NCBI GenBank assembly: GCA_013239625.1
Contig: MU054187.1
Span: 18,344,711-18,408,710, forward strand
Origin: Lama guanicoe
Taxonomy: Eukaryota
Reading direction: 5' to 3'
DNA: 64,000 nt
This document shows, piece after piece, positions 1-12,685 of the stretch. The notes below the pieces were generated by a model. The model was not told the origin of the DNA, searched no databases, and was given only the letters and a program-made list of their open reading frames with translations. The position numbers and the translations under genes are program-made. Numbering within the stretch: the first letter of the stretch is position 1; every line of letters starts with the position of its first letter.

Positions 1-330
1 TCCTCACACTTAGCTTATGAGTGTCCTTCACTGAGCAAATAAAGTAATTAGAAGATAATTTCCAAGACTCCCACCAACCTATCCGTCCACCTCCCACCCT
101 TATGTTCTGCCTTCCTGTCTGTTACTACAGACGAGCGTTCCAAAGCCAGTCTTCCATTCGTGCACTGGATCCCACCTCCTCTCACCCACTCGGATAGATT
201 GCTCCAGGAATTCTCTCCCACTTCATCATTTTTTCTTTCCACAGCATCAGCATAAAGACATGCTATTATTTCCCCCACTAAAAACAATTCTATTCCATTT
301 TTCCCACCAGCTACTGACCAATTGTGCTAG
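1..330. mobile_element. L2 fragment
   Basis: GTGCACTGGATCCCACCTCCTCTCACC and CATGCTATTATTTCCCCCA motifs typical of L2. Confidence 0.6.
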
Positions 331-1992
331 GTTCTTAAATATTCAGGTCCTCCAGAAGCTGCAATAGAAACTAGAAAGGTCTTGCAGTGCAGTGAAATTC
401 ACTCTCAAGTAATTTATTTATTTAAAAGAAAAAAAACCTCCAGAATTTCAACTAGTCTCCATAAAGAGAAAAACATGTAAGGAAAATTACTGCAAAGTGG
501 GTTTTGCTCTATCTATGAGTTTACAGGAAAATCCTACCCTACGAGTAAACCAAAAGATAATTTCCATGGCCACACACCCAGAACAGAGCTTCTGAACTTT
601 TCATAGGGGTCCATTTCTAGGCGTGATATCCAAGTTTCAACGGGTTTTTCTCCACTCATTTCACAGTTGAAATCTTATGAAATGTTGGTTACATCTAAAC
701 AAATTAGCGGTCTAGGTCTTTCAATGGCGTATATAATGAAGACATTACAGAATGGGAAGTACATCAAACCAAAAACAAAGGTAGGACTTGATTAATTCAA
801 CCGGCACAACACCTGGCCCACGATAAACATGGGAGGAAACTCTGCACAGTCTGTAGAATTTCACTGCAACAGACTCGGCTCACTGTCCTCTGGTAACAAG
901 CCCTACTGTTCACTGAGTCATTCAGCCAACATTCACTGCAGGTCCATCATGGAGTTCACACAATCCGAGAAAACTGTCACGTTCATTCTCCATCTTTTGC
1001 TCTTTCTTCTGTTCACAGACACGTGCCCATTCCCTTCATTTATTTTCTACTTCCATCAACCACCCTCATGATTGTCCTTCTCCGCCGGCTCTCACTGATT
1101 CGTGCTTGCCTTCAGCACTTACCGAGCGACTACTGCACACCAGGCCCTTCGTTTATAAATGAACAGACAACCGGGTCCTCACCTCTGAGGCCATCCAGAA
1201 TGATCCTCCTAGAAGACAAAGGTAGTCACCTCCTGCTCTGACAATGGCGGCGCATTGTCCACTGGATGGCCTTGAACATGGTGCCCTCCGACATCACTGA
1301 ATCAATCATCACAGCTCACACCCGCTATGCCCTTTGTCAGGTCCATGCTTTTGTGCACGCTGTTCTCTCTATGGGCTACCTGCCTCCTTCCGCAGCTCAC
1401 GCACCTGCTGCTTCCTTTAGGAACCTGTCTGGAATACATCTCCATCCCTTCCCACTTGCCCCTGTTGGCCGGCTCGCCTCTCTGATATTATGTCCAGTTC
1501 CTCTAACTCCCTGCGTTGGCTCCTCTCAGCAACATCACATTGCAGTTGAAATGAGTTCCTTGTGTTTTACCCACCTACCCCCAAAGCATTATTGATGGAT
1601 GAGTAAGTACCAAACACTTGGCCAAGTGCTAACTATTGAGCAAAATACGTGGGATTCTTGCTTTCAGGGATCTGACATGATTGTGCGGGGAGTGTGATGA
1701 CACACAGGTATAAACGTACATATGCACACATTCATCCAACTTGGGGAAATTACCATGACATGTTGAGAGTCATGCTCTGTTAGAATCCAGGGATAAATAA
1801 GAGGAAGTTGTCCAAAAATTCTTACCTGAGGTGATAGCAAATGCCTGGCACAGAGCAGGTGTTCAATAAATGCTTCCTTACCTGTCAAGGTGAACAAGTA
1901 AGCTTGCACTGGAATTCTGAAAGTGTTCACGGCATTGATGATGGTGTCAATAACATGGTGGAGGAGGGAAGACAGTAGGGAAAGAAGTTGCA

Positions 1993-2031
<39 letters not shown>
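1993..2031. repeat. Compound (TG)n(AG)n microsatellite
   Basis: Direct observation. Confidence 0.97.
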
Positions 2032-2118
2032 CAGGTTCTCAGATACCCTCGAGCTAGGATGTGTCACCTTTGGATTGTTTTGTTTCCCTTTCTGGAGGAA
2101 AGGTGAGATCATTTTGGA

Positions 2119-2132
2119 CCACCAGGGGGCAA
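2119..2132 (+). promoter_or_regulatory. CTCF core motif CCACCAGGGGGCAA
   Basis: 13 of 14 positions match the CTCF core consensus. Confidence 0.6.
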
Positions 2133-3269
2133 TGTCTGACCAAATGTGATGGCAACTCTTCTGATCCAGGCAATCATTTCATTCAGGGACTCTCTCTTGT
2201 CTGACCCATTTGTGAAGAAATAGAGGAACCGGACATAAGCTATTCATTCCTTTCACGTTACTAATAAAAGACATACTCCTTGAAGATGACAAATACTGTA
2301 ATTGGATTAAAATGTATCAAGACGGAAGAAAAAAAGAGGCGTTTCATATTCATAATTCTCTAATTATCCTTGTCTGATGGACCAGATCTCTACTTCCTAA
2401 TCATTTATAATTTTCATCACTCAGTGATGGGGCACAGCAGGTATTAATACCGAGTGAGAAGGAATTTTCCGGTTTCTACTCAGCGTTTATGCTGTTCAAG
2501 CACTTCCCACTGGTGCTTCCTTCATACTGAATAGTCTTGTTTAGCCTCATCATGACTCATTGAGACAGATGAGAGGCAATTATCATTTTTGCTTGGCAGA
2601 TAAGAAAACACAGAGGAGCGTGCTGCTGGTTGGGGCAGAATTGAAAACGGCCACCCAAGTTTGACAGGCGGCCCAGACGTCGCTCGATGCCCTGCGGGCT
2701 GGAATGAACAGGCCCTGGAGACTGCCACTTCCTGGCAAAAGGCAGTGGCCAGGTGCTCTCAAGAGTGTGTGATCTGAGACACCTAGAGATGTTATTCCTG
2801 CCCGAGCACATTGGAACGTGTAGAAAGAGCTTAGAGCCCTTGCCTGGCCCCATGAAGGTTGTTCCCAGAGGCGTCAGCAACATCTTTACTAGGAATCGTT
2901 AATGGGACAGACCAGATACTGCTCCAGGAAATAAAAAGCCATAAAAGCTGGAAAAAAATAATCCATGCTTTCCTACCTGGTTATTCAATTAATGGGCATT
3001 CATTAAACATGAATCACTGTGGGGAGAGTGATATATAAAATATTGTCCTTACCCGAAAGGAACTTTAATTACGAGCACATGGCATGTATGCATAAAAACG
3101 TCTGTTAATAACAATATAAAACAGACTCTACTTCCGTGTGGCAGAGTTCAACGGAGATTGTCAATAGATATTTGCTGACTGTCTATTAAGTTCCAAACAT
3201 GAATGAGATGCAAGAGTGTATATAAAAGGTGCTCACCTTTGTAGATTTTACACTCTAGTTGTAAAGAAT

Positions 3270-4760
3270 ATGATTTATTCTGTTTTGTAATTTATTCAGT
3301 GAAGATTAACGGACAACCTACGGCATGTGAAGCATCACACTAAACAAGGGGGATATGACTAACCCACAATCCCACCTGCAGGGAGCTCAGACTGGTAAGG
3401 GAGGCAGCGTGAAAAAATGGTTTACTTTCAGTGTGTGTATGTGTGTGTATAGTAATATACATATACTATATATATTACTGTGAGTATTTTGAGGATTGAA
3501 CTATTTGTGGATAGATGTCTACAAATACCCATCTATAGGTATGTATCTGTAGATAGATAACTTAGATAAACATAATGCTTAAGATGATGGTGGGAACTAG
3601 AAGAAACTCCTCAAAAAAAAGGGGACATTTGAGGAGAATCTTGAAGGTGTTTTCCAAGTAGACTCATGAGTGAGGTGTCTTCCAGGTAGAAGGAGCCGAG
3701 TGCACAAAGGCACAGAGGCAGGAAATGGTGTGGTGGCTCACTGATGGGCTAAAGTCAGAGTACAAGCTGAGCAAGGATGGGGGCAGAAACCAGATGCAAA
3801 AGGGAAGGAGATTTCAGCTTTACACGACGGAAAACCTTGACAGCATCAAAAGACAAGATGAGGGCAATTGCATTTGTGTATTAGAAAGATGATTTTAATT
3901 GGTTAGGAGCAGGACAAGACTGGAGGCAAGGAAATAATTAGGAGTCTATTTCAGTAGTTGAGACAAAAGCTAATAAGAAGAATGGAATAAAGAATTAGGT
4001 AGGGTGTCGAACCAAGACAACACGGCAGCCAATTGCTATTAAGGATAAAATATGAGCAGGGTCAGTGATGATGTATTTCTCTTGGGTGTTCTTAATCTCT
4101 ATAAGGTCGTGGTTGGGTGTCCTCAACTCACACCCTTGGCTGGCATCAGTAAGAGAGAAACTCTTAAGATAATGAATGGGAGGAATGGAGGATAAAGAGC
4201 CCAGATCTAAATATGCTGAGTTCCAGGTACATGTGAACCATCTAGTGAAGATAACCCATCACGAACTTATGGTTACCATGGGGTAAAGGAGGGTGGGAAG
4301 GGGTCAACTGGGAATTCAAAAATTGTACCACTTGGACAGTGATGGAAGTGTTAGCTATCTTGATTGTGGTAGTGATTTCTGTGGTTCCATTCATCTTTCA
4401 AAATTCATCAAATTGCACATTTGTAATATGTGTAGTTCACTGTACAGGAACCATACCACAATAAAGGTGTTAAAAAAATAGTTGCAAGCTAGGTGGTTGG
4501 ATTAATTTAGATCTGGAATAATAGGTAGAGTTTGTGGAGGGGAGACAGGGAGTGGGGAAAGAGTTGGGAATGAAAGACTTTCCAAGCAAGAAAATATTCT
4601 TAATGAAATCATAGAGGTAGGAACGAGCACAGTGTATGAGACCACCCTGAACAAAGCCAAGGTAAGAAAAAAAGGTGACGTTCCACAGACAGAACGGACC
4701 CAACGTCATGGTGAAAGTGTGCTCCGAGGAAGAAATCCTGGTGATAAGACAAAACGTATG
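3270..4760. mobile_element. Degenerate L2 (purine-rich strand), interrupted
   Basis: TTTATTCA...; GTGCACAAAGGCACAGAGGCAGG; GACTGGAGGCAAGG L2-type motifs. Confidence 0.6.
4255..4478 (+). mobile_element. Composite L1 3' UTR fragments within an L2
   Basis: ACTTATGGTTACC...GGGAATTC (young-type) joined to TATCTTGATTGTGGTAGTG...CAATAAAG (older L1M-type 3' end). Confidence 0.65.
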
Positions 4761-5681
4761 ATTCAGAGACTAGAAAATCTGGATCAGAGTGGCAAATGGG
4801 AGGTTAGGACATTTTTCAGGGCATGAAGAATTTAAGATAATATCATTTCCTTTAACAAAGTAAAATGCAGAATCTCCAAAATTTAGTTTCCCAAGTAGAG
4901 CTTCCTGGTGAAAAGAGGAAGTTGACGTAATATTTAGTATATGGTACTGTGTTAAGCAGATTACATTTATCAATATATTTAATCTTCCCAGCAGAAACCC
5001 TATTGAGTGGAAATCTTCATTATTATCATTTCATGGATGAGGAACCTGAGACATGAAAGTGTTCAATAACTTGATAAAGGTCATATGGCTAGCAAGTGGT
5101 AGAGCAGGAATCTCCAGCCACATCTTCAGTCGCTTCATTGCATTGCCTCCCAAGAACTGTAGCTGCACTGGCTGGGTACCTTCCTTTTGAGCCCATCCGC
5201 TCCCACCACCGTGCTCATTTCAGGGGAGGTGAGCTCAGTCCCCTGTAGTGCTGACATAAGTCAATATCTGTAAAACTCTTTACTAAATCATAAAGGAGAA
5301 CAAAGTAGAAACACAGGAAGAGTACTCAGAAAACCACTTTCTGCGTATTATCCCATTTGACCTTCATAAAAACCCTGTCCTGTCATCAATATTGCATTTC
5401 CATCTTACACATAAGGAAGCTGGATCTCAGATTTCCTGGGACCACACAGCTACCAAGAGGCCCCACTAGCTTGGCAATCAGATCTCGTGGATCAAATACC
5501 TATATTTTGTTCAGCAAAAGCCTCAAAGTGCGACGGTTCTTCTGGGACTTCAGGGGAAGTAGGTTGGCATGAGGAGAGCTTGTTCCCATTGTTGGATAGA
5601 GAATCAGTGAGCGGAACCCACTCGGAATCAAAATCAGTCCTGCTGTGCCCAAGCTGAAGGCAGGAGGCTGTAACCAAGAAA

Positions 5682-6222
5682 GCAGCCTACTTACAATAGC
5701 CAAGACATGGAAGCAACCTAAATGCCCATCAACAGATGACTGGAAAAGAAGTTGTGGTATATATAGACAATGGAATATTACTCAGCCATTAAAAAGAATT
5801 AAATAATGCCATTTGTAGCAACATAGATGGACCTAGAGATGATCATATGAAGGAAGTCAGACAGAGACAAACAAATATCATATGATATCACCTACATGTG
5901 GAATCTAAAAAAAAAGACAAATGAACTTATTTACAAAACAGAAACAGACTCACAGACATAGAAAAAGCCAATTTATGGTTACCAGGGAGGGAAATGGGTG
6001 GGGAGGGATAAAATGGGAGTTCGGGATTTGTAGATACAAACTGTTATATATAAAAGAGATAAACAAAGTCCTACTGTATAGCACAGGGAACTATGTTCAA
6101 TATCTTGTAGTAACTATAATGGAAAAGAACATACATATGTGTGTGTATAACTGAATCACTATGCTGTACACCAGCAACTAATACAACATTGTAAATTGAC
6201 TATACTTCAATTTAAAAAAAAA
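5682..6222 (+). mobile_element. L1 3' end (5'-truncated)
   Basis: ACAATAGCCAAGACATGGAAGCAACCTAAATG (ORF2 end), L1 3' UTR and poly(A). Confidence 0.93.
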
Positions 6223-6422
6223 ATGGTGGCGGCCTGTTGGAGGCATTTATTCCTGTCTGTCAAAAGCTCCCCACCACCTCCAGAAAGTAAATTCACTCCT
6301 GTGTCTCAGTTTCCCTCCCTGTAAATAGGATGCCCTACCTTCCTCCAAAGAAAAAGTGTGCTGAGATCACCTGGGCTTCGTCTACAAGAGGTTTGAACTT
6401 GCTGGTAGAAAATTATACACAT

Positions 6423-6590
6423 GGAAAGAGGGTATCGCTCATGGGTAGACTGCACGTTCAGCATGTATAAGATCCTGGGTTCAATCCCCAGTACCTCCAT
6501 TAAAGAATGAACAAATAAGAACCTATAATTACCTCCCTTCTCCACCCTCCCAAAAACAAAGAATTTTTTAAAGGGGGGAAGAAAAGAAAA
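6423..6590 (+). mobile_element. tRNA(Ala)-derived SINE, camelid Vic-1-like
   Basis: GAGGGTATCGCTCA...GGTAGA (A box), GGGTTCAATCCCCAGTACCTCC (B box), A-rich linker and TAATTACCTCCC tail. Confidence 0.85.
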
Positions 6591-7315
6591 TACACGCTGC
6601 CTTCATTCCACTTCCTTAGAAGTGGTTCCTGGAGATCATGTTCAGGAAGGGGGTTTGCAGCGTGGCCCCTCCACCCTCCCTCACCTTGTGGTGAGAATGA
6701 TCCTGCTAAGAGGGGCCAAGGGGCTAAATTGAAACCACACCTGCTGAAAGCTGCCAGGCTGCCAGGAGCTGGGGGGAAAACCTGATATTTTTTAGTCGTC
6801 ACCATTCGTGTGAAATAATGTGACAAACCTCAGGCAAGGCCAAAGGGGACCCACCCTGGCCAAGGAAAACCACGGGTGCGCATACGTGTGTACAAAATAC
6901 AGCCATGCAGATGGGAATCTGCAGATATCAGTTCCTTTTTGGAAAAAATAGTTTATCTTTCGATGCTCCAGGAAAACAAATTCTAACAGCCTCTTTGGGG
7001 ATATTGACGAGCTAAGAACAAGTCAACAGCCACACACGCATGGGCAGGTGGGGAGTCATGATGGGTTTGCAGGCGTTTTCTATTCAGTCGGCGAGATGGT
7101 CGGTTCCAGAAGCCAAAGAGCTGTCCTGTGATTGTCTACCCCGTGTCTGCTCTTTCCACTGCCCTGCTGCGTCATCACACACGTTGTCCACACAGGGCTC
7201 TGCACACAGAGCTCACGCGATGCAGAAGCTCACATGCTAGCATTCGCAGCTGGGAGATTTCTGGAGTATTCTACAGGGAAAAGCCAATAACAGTCACTGA
7301 ATTCTAAAATGTGGG

Positions 7316-7484
7316 CTATACATTCAAGATCTTGTAGCAGCTCACGGTGAAAAAGAACATGAAAACGAATATATGTACATTCATGTATGACTGAAAAACT
7401 GTGCTACACCCCAGAAATAGACACAACATTGTAAACTGACTATAACTCAATAAAAATTAAAATTAAAATTAAAATTAAAAAAAA
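7316..7484 (+). mobile_element. Short L1 3' end with TSD
   Basis: ACAACATTGTAAACTGACTATAACTCAATAAAA plus (TTAAAA)n tail; TSD TAAAA(T/C)GTGGG at 7305-7315 and 7485-7495. Confidence 0.9.
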
Positions 7485-7624
7485 TAAAACGTGGGATGAT
7501 AACTAAAATAATGCCCAAGCTGGCTGGGCACATTTAGATGGTTACAGCCCAAGCTATAACTATCTTAGTGTCCCTTTATCCCTTTTCTAAAATTATAGCA
7601 GAATAAACAGATGACCTACCACTC

Positions 7625-7665
7625 TATGCGTGTGTGTGTGTGCGTGCGTGTGTGTGTGTGTGTAT
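7625..7665. repeat. (TG/CG)n alternating purine-pyrimidine tract
   Basis: Direct observation. Confidence 0.95.
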
Positions 7666-8720
7666 TCTGCAAAGCCAGGAGTTGCATATACACCTAAAAA
7701 TCAACTCTGTCACCACTTGGCACAAATCATGTACTATAGTTTAATTATTATGGTAAATAATGTCTACTGTGGGGGACCGAAAGCTTTGGTCTGTTTTTCT
7801 TTTTTAAAGACACAGTTTCTTCCTTCCAAAAAGACACAGTAGACTGAGGGCGACTGCCAGTTCAGGCTAATATCCTCCATCTCCACAGAGTTGAATGAGC
7901 ATCGCTCTGGATGAGACACTAGGCTGGGTTCTCTGGGGCACGAGAGTGTCAGAGGCAAGGCCTCTGGTGTCAGAGACAGGCTTAGAGTCCCCTTGAGTGG
8001 CCGCATTGAGTTTTAAATGCCTGGAACACCACATCTTTCCAAGTTCTATTTCTTGCCTATTAAATGCAGAAGCCAAGGCAGTGGATGACAGAACTATGAA
8101 ATGAATAAACGTAAAAGGCAATTTTTCCTAATGCCTGTACCCATAGTCCTTGATAGGCATCATAAAACAGCAGCGTGGTATAAACCAAGCACCCAGAGCA
8201 TCATAAAATGTAATGGAGAATTTGTGCAGATCCTCTACTTTTCAATGAAGAAATAACTTTCCTTGGATTCTTCTCATTAGGAAATATTGGCAAGAGGGGA
8301 AAAAAAGGGGGAAGAGGGAAAAGGAGGAAGGATGATGAAAGAAAAAAGAAAAGAGATAAACAAAAAGAAGTCTTTTAGGTTTTAAAAATTGCATCAATTC
8401 TTTAAAAATAAATTCTATGGACTCTCAGCAGAAATGAATTCACTAGACTATTTTGGAGAATCAGTGGTTTTGTTTCAAGAATCACAAGCTCCTTCCTCAC
8501 CTCAGAGGAGCCCCCAGGTGCCAAACTCACTATTTTTCTTCTCAGCCTCTCAGTGTTTGCCACTGAAGCTGCCTCCCACCCCAGCCGTTGCCTGTCAGTT
8601 ACCTGTGTCATAGAATCAGTGTCAGGTTTCCACTTGGAAACCTGGCTAAATTTAGAGGCTGTAGGAGACATTAATCCAGTTTGAAACTTAACAACTAAAA
8701 ATAGGATAAGAAACTAGATT

Positions 8721-8941
8721 TTTATCTGGGGAGGAAATCGGGAGACATTGGTGAAAGGGCACACGTTTTCAAGGGTACAGATTAGGTCTGAAGAGCTAAT
8801 ATAAAACATGGACTATAAGAAAGGAAGAAAGAAACAGGAAGGAAGGAAGGAAGGAAGGGGAGGAAGGGGGAAGGAGGGGGAGAGGGAGGGGGAAGGAGGG
8901 AGACAGGGGAGGAAGGAGGGAGGCGGGAAGAAAGGAAGAAA
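8721..8941 (+). mobile_element. L1MA-like 3' UTR fragment plus GA-rich tail, flanked by TSD
   Basis: GGGAGACATTGGTGAAAGGGCACAC...CTAATATAAAACATGGACTATA; TSD AAGAA(A/T)CTAGATT at 8708-8720 and 8942-8954. Confidence 0.7.
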
Positions 8942-11900
8942 AAGAATCTAGATTCCTGGTTGAAGGGGGTTGTAGAGAATTCTCTAGCACCAGAGGCAAA
9001 ACAGAGGCTGGGAAACGGGGAACTTCCCTAGCACGTTGCATTTAGACTTTGAAGAATGAAGAAGCACAGCTGGGCCTAAAGAACAATCTGGAAATGAGCA
9101 CAGCAAACTCTTCAGACAGCTTCTGTTAAAGTGCAACTGTCGCAGGGCCGGTCCTGGCTCAGGCAGCAGACGGGCATCCATCGGCACTTAGCTCTGCCCC
9201 CAGAAGCCCTGACACTTTGCACACCCCCGGTTGCAGACAAGCTCAGTTTTCCTAAAAGGAAAATCTCCAGGTCACATTAAGCCTGCAGATGAAGGAGCAG
9301 CCGGAAGGAAGGAAAAGGCAGAAAGACTCAGGCCATAGGACTGAGATCACTGGGGAAGATGCTGAAGACCTCGGGGAGATCGGATTTTATTCCCAGTGTT
9401 CAAGTCACTAGAGCGCTCCTGAAATATACAAGAACCCCAGAGGGAAAACGCCAGGAATGGAAGCACCTTTATTGGCAAAATTGAATTTCTTAGCTATTCT
9501 GATTCTTCTTATAGAATTCTCTCCTTCAGAGCAGCAAGCTTTGCAGATCGGCACCTGAAGCACAGGAAGGCATCAAAGCCTTGACAAATAGCCCAAGGTC
9601 GCACTTACTCTCTCCACTAGCAATCAGAGAGCCAGTCCTAAAAGTCAGTCAACAGGGTTTGTTTTTTTTTTAATTTCTTTGAAGATATGATCTCAAATGC
9701 TTAGAGGTCCACATGGCAGAAGGGAGGAGATCCCAGTGTGTGCTTGGCGGCTGATAAGCATTTCCAAAATAATTTCAGTAGCCAGTTGTCTTCTTACTGG
9801 ATTCCGTATTTCGTGTCACTTGGCAGGAGGCAGCTCTCTGCTGCCCCTTCCATCCCCCTTCCATTGCTCAGTTCCTGTTAGTATCGAATCTATCCCTTTA
9901 GTCATTTAGGAGTCTCATATGTTTGCTCAATCACTCTTTCATTTTACAGAAACTTTAGTTCAAATCGCTATGAAAGTGTGGAACGAACGCCACCTGATGT
10001 TAATGTCTCTGCAGCTTCATGAGAGAATATCACTAGTCATAATCATCAGAGGGAACCACAGCCCTTCATTTGGTCAGTTAACTAGCAGATGCTGGGACAC
10101 TGGAGAGAAAACGTTCAAGGAGGGGAGAAGGATTTACAGTCTTAGCCCACGTTCTACCGCCTACGTGCTGCGTGACTTCCTCTGCTCCTGATCACGGGTG
10201 CTCTCTCTTCTTCCATCACTGAAATCTCTCTTCAGAGTCCCCTCCACAATCTAATATCTCACGGACAGCAGGGAATTAGACATTATTTAAGGACATTCAG
10301 ACATTGGCCCAGAACAACCCAGAGCTTCCCTGAGGAAGGGAACTGGGCTTCAAGCACCATCTTTGCCTTGCCTTTCATCACGCTGGATGACACAAATTCT
10401 ACAAGTCCTGACAAGTCTTGTCCTCATCCTTGTACTCATCTTGGCCATTTTCCCAGACTATTGGGCAAGAGTATTCTGTCACAGAGTTCAGCATGGTAGC
10501 TTTGTTTAAGATATGTTCTGAGTTCCTCATGAAGTTTCCAGGCAGAAGGATGATCAGGCACATGAGGATGTAGGGTGACAGAAGAGCTGCTAGAAATGAG
10601 TGGATTTATAAGAGATCCTCTGTTACTTGCTTTCTCTCCTTTGCCACCATTACTAAGATAATGCTCCAGCCAGCTTTTCTTCTGTAACATTCTGTCTCTT
10701 TCCAGTAACTCATCGGCCACAAAAAATCATACAGATGGAAGAGATGTCAATAGTGCATCTGTCTAAAATGCTCCCACTCCTGTGCTCAGCACTGTCATCT
10801 AATTCTTTTTAAGGAAGAAAGCATCAAAGAGAAAGAGAGAAAGAAGAAATGGAAAATTTTAATAAAATGTCTAGAGTTGGAGATATTCTAATCTAAAGTT
10901 GTATAACCCCTAAGGGTTAGAAAGATCATGGGGTATCACCTCAAAGAAATCTCTCCTGTACCTGCATCTCCTCTAGCATTTCCTGCCGGGGAGCTGGGGT
11001 GGGGGAATATCCTATGTGGAACTGCTACTGGAGGAAAACTCAACACCCACAGAGGCTGCCCATTCCATTCATGCTCACACAGTCCAGCATCTCAAAAGGG
11101 CACGACCCTGAGAACCAATCTGGACCAGCCCACTACCATTATAATGCCGTCTTCAGCATGCAGTCTGACTTCCTGAAGCACATCTCTTCGCCATGTTCTA
11201 AGTCAAATACAAGTGACCCTGGTTTGGTCTTAAATAATTACAGTGTATTCCTGGGTGAACAACACTGACCTCTTCCTTGATCCTTCTCAGTCAAGCTATG
11301 CATGATGCTCTCCTTGTATTTCTACTCGTAAATCAATCCCTAGTTCCTTGAAGTATTAGTAGCCACCTCATGGGCTTTGTATAAGAACTAAATTAAACAT
11401 AAAGTCGCTAAAGTAGTGCCCAACACATTAAAAGACCTTGATCAACATTGGTTATTATGAACCATTCCTATTCACGTGCTTTTCTCTTTTTATTCCACTC
11501 ACATGAGCCTCTTCTGAAGATGGGGCATCTGGGTGCAAAATCTGGACCTGGCACTCTAGATGCCCTGGTGCTCAGATTCTGCAAGAAGGACTGGTTCTTT
11601 CTCCTCCATGGGGTTTCCCACCCAAAAGAGCCCTGATCTCCCCGACTGGAGGTCACATTGCACACATGGGGCTCACTAGCATCCCATTATCACCGTAACT
11701 ACTTTGACATTCTTGTCCTCATCACTGCTCCTAGAGCTTAACATATACTTTGAATTATTTTCCTTGAAAATAAATGAAAACCATCTTCACATAGGTTTTT
11801 TTTTTAACTGGTTCAAGTCCCTCACTGGTATTTGCTACTCCTTCAGTTTAGCATGACCTCCAAGTTGTGAAGCACTGGTTATATTTCTTTTTTAGGTTAG

Positions 11901-12685
11901 AAACGTGCTAGTTGGGGTAAATACACATGAAGGCGTAGGCAGAACTATTTCATTCAATCACATCAATCAGTGGCGGTTAATTGACTGTGCATTGAGTTTG
12001 GAAAACATGGCTGACACTTAACAAATATTAATTAATTCCTGCCCTGGGCAAGTTACCGGCACAGGTTTTCTTATGTGGAAAAAAAAATGTAATTTTATAG
12101 GAAAAGGTGGTTTTTAATTGAAAGTAAATCTGCATAATATGTATAAGATGCATAATAACAGATATTTGCTATAAAGAAACCACCTGAGATATTTCTCCAT
12201 CAATCACCAGCAACAGCAAATATCCTGACAGCCCTTGTCCTGAGCTCACGGCAGATATCGGTAACTAATCACGGCTCAGCTAAGACGAAGCCTTGGAATC
12301 TTCCTCAACACATTATCCTTCTTAGTTAATCTGTATCAGCCTATCAGAACTCATTTAGTCATTCATTTATTCAACAAAGATTTATTGAGCACCTACTGGG
12401 TGCATTGTAATAGGTGCCAGGCTATAACAGCAAAAAATTACAGGATATGGTCCCTGCCCTCCTGCAAGTGTAGTGTGATGAGGATGGCATTTAGTATGAA
12501 AGACATTTCCATCCTTGCCTTAGACCCTCCGTATGCTATGCTTCTCCCTTAAAAGACAGAAGATGAATGAGGGGAAATGGACTCAGCTACTCCTACTGTC
12601 TGTTAATTTGAGGTCCCCAGGACTTAAACTTCTGGGAACACAGACTGGTGAAAGAAGAGTATTCTAGATTATACACTAGAAAGAG

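Noticed and set aside
336..900. Possible LTR-like insertion interrupting the L2
   Set aside because: No termini, TSD or family could be established by eye.
5921..6154. Related small ORFs here and at 24591-24842, 44031-44237 and 51445-51627
   Set aside because: Translations of L1 ORF2 ends or 3' UTRs, not a gene family.
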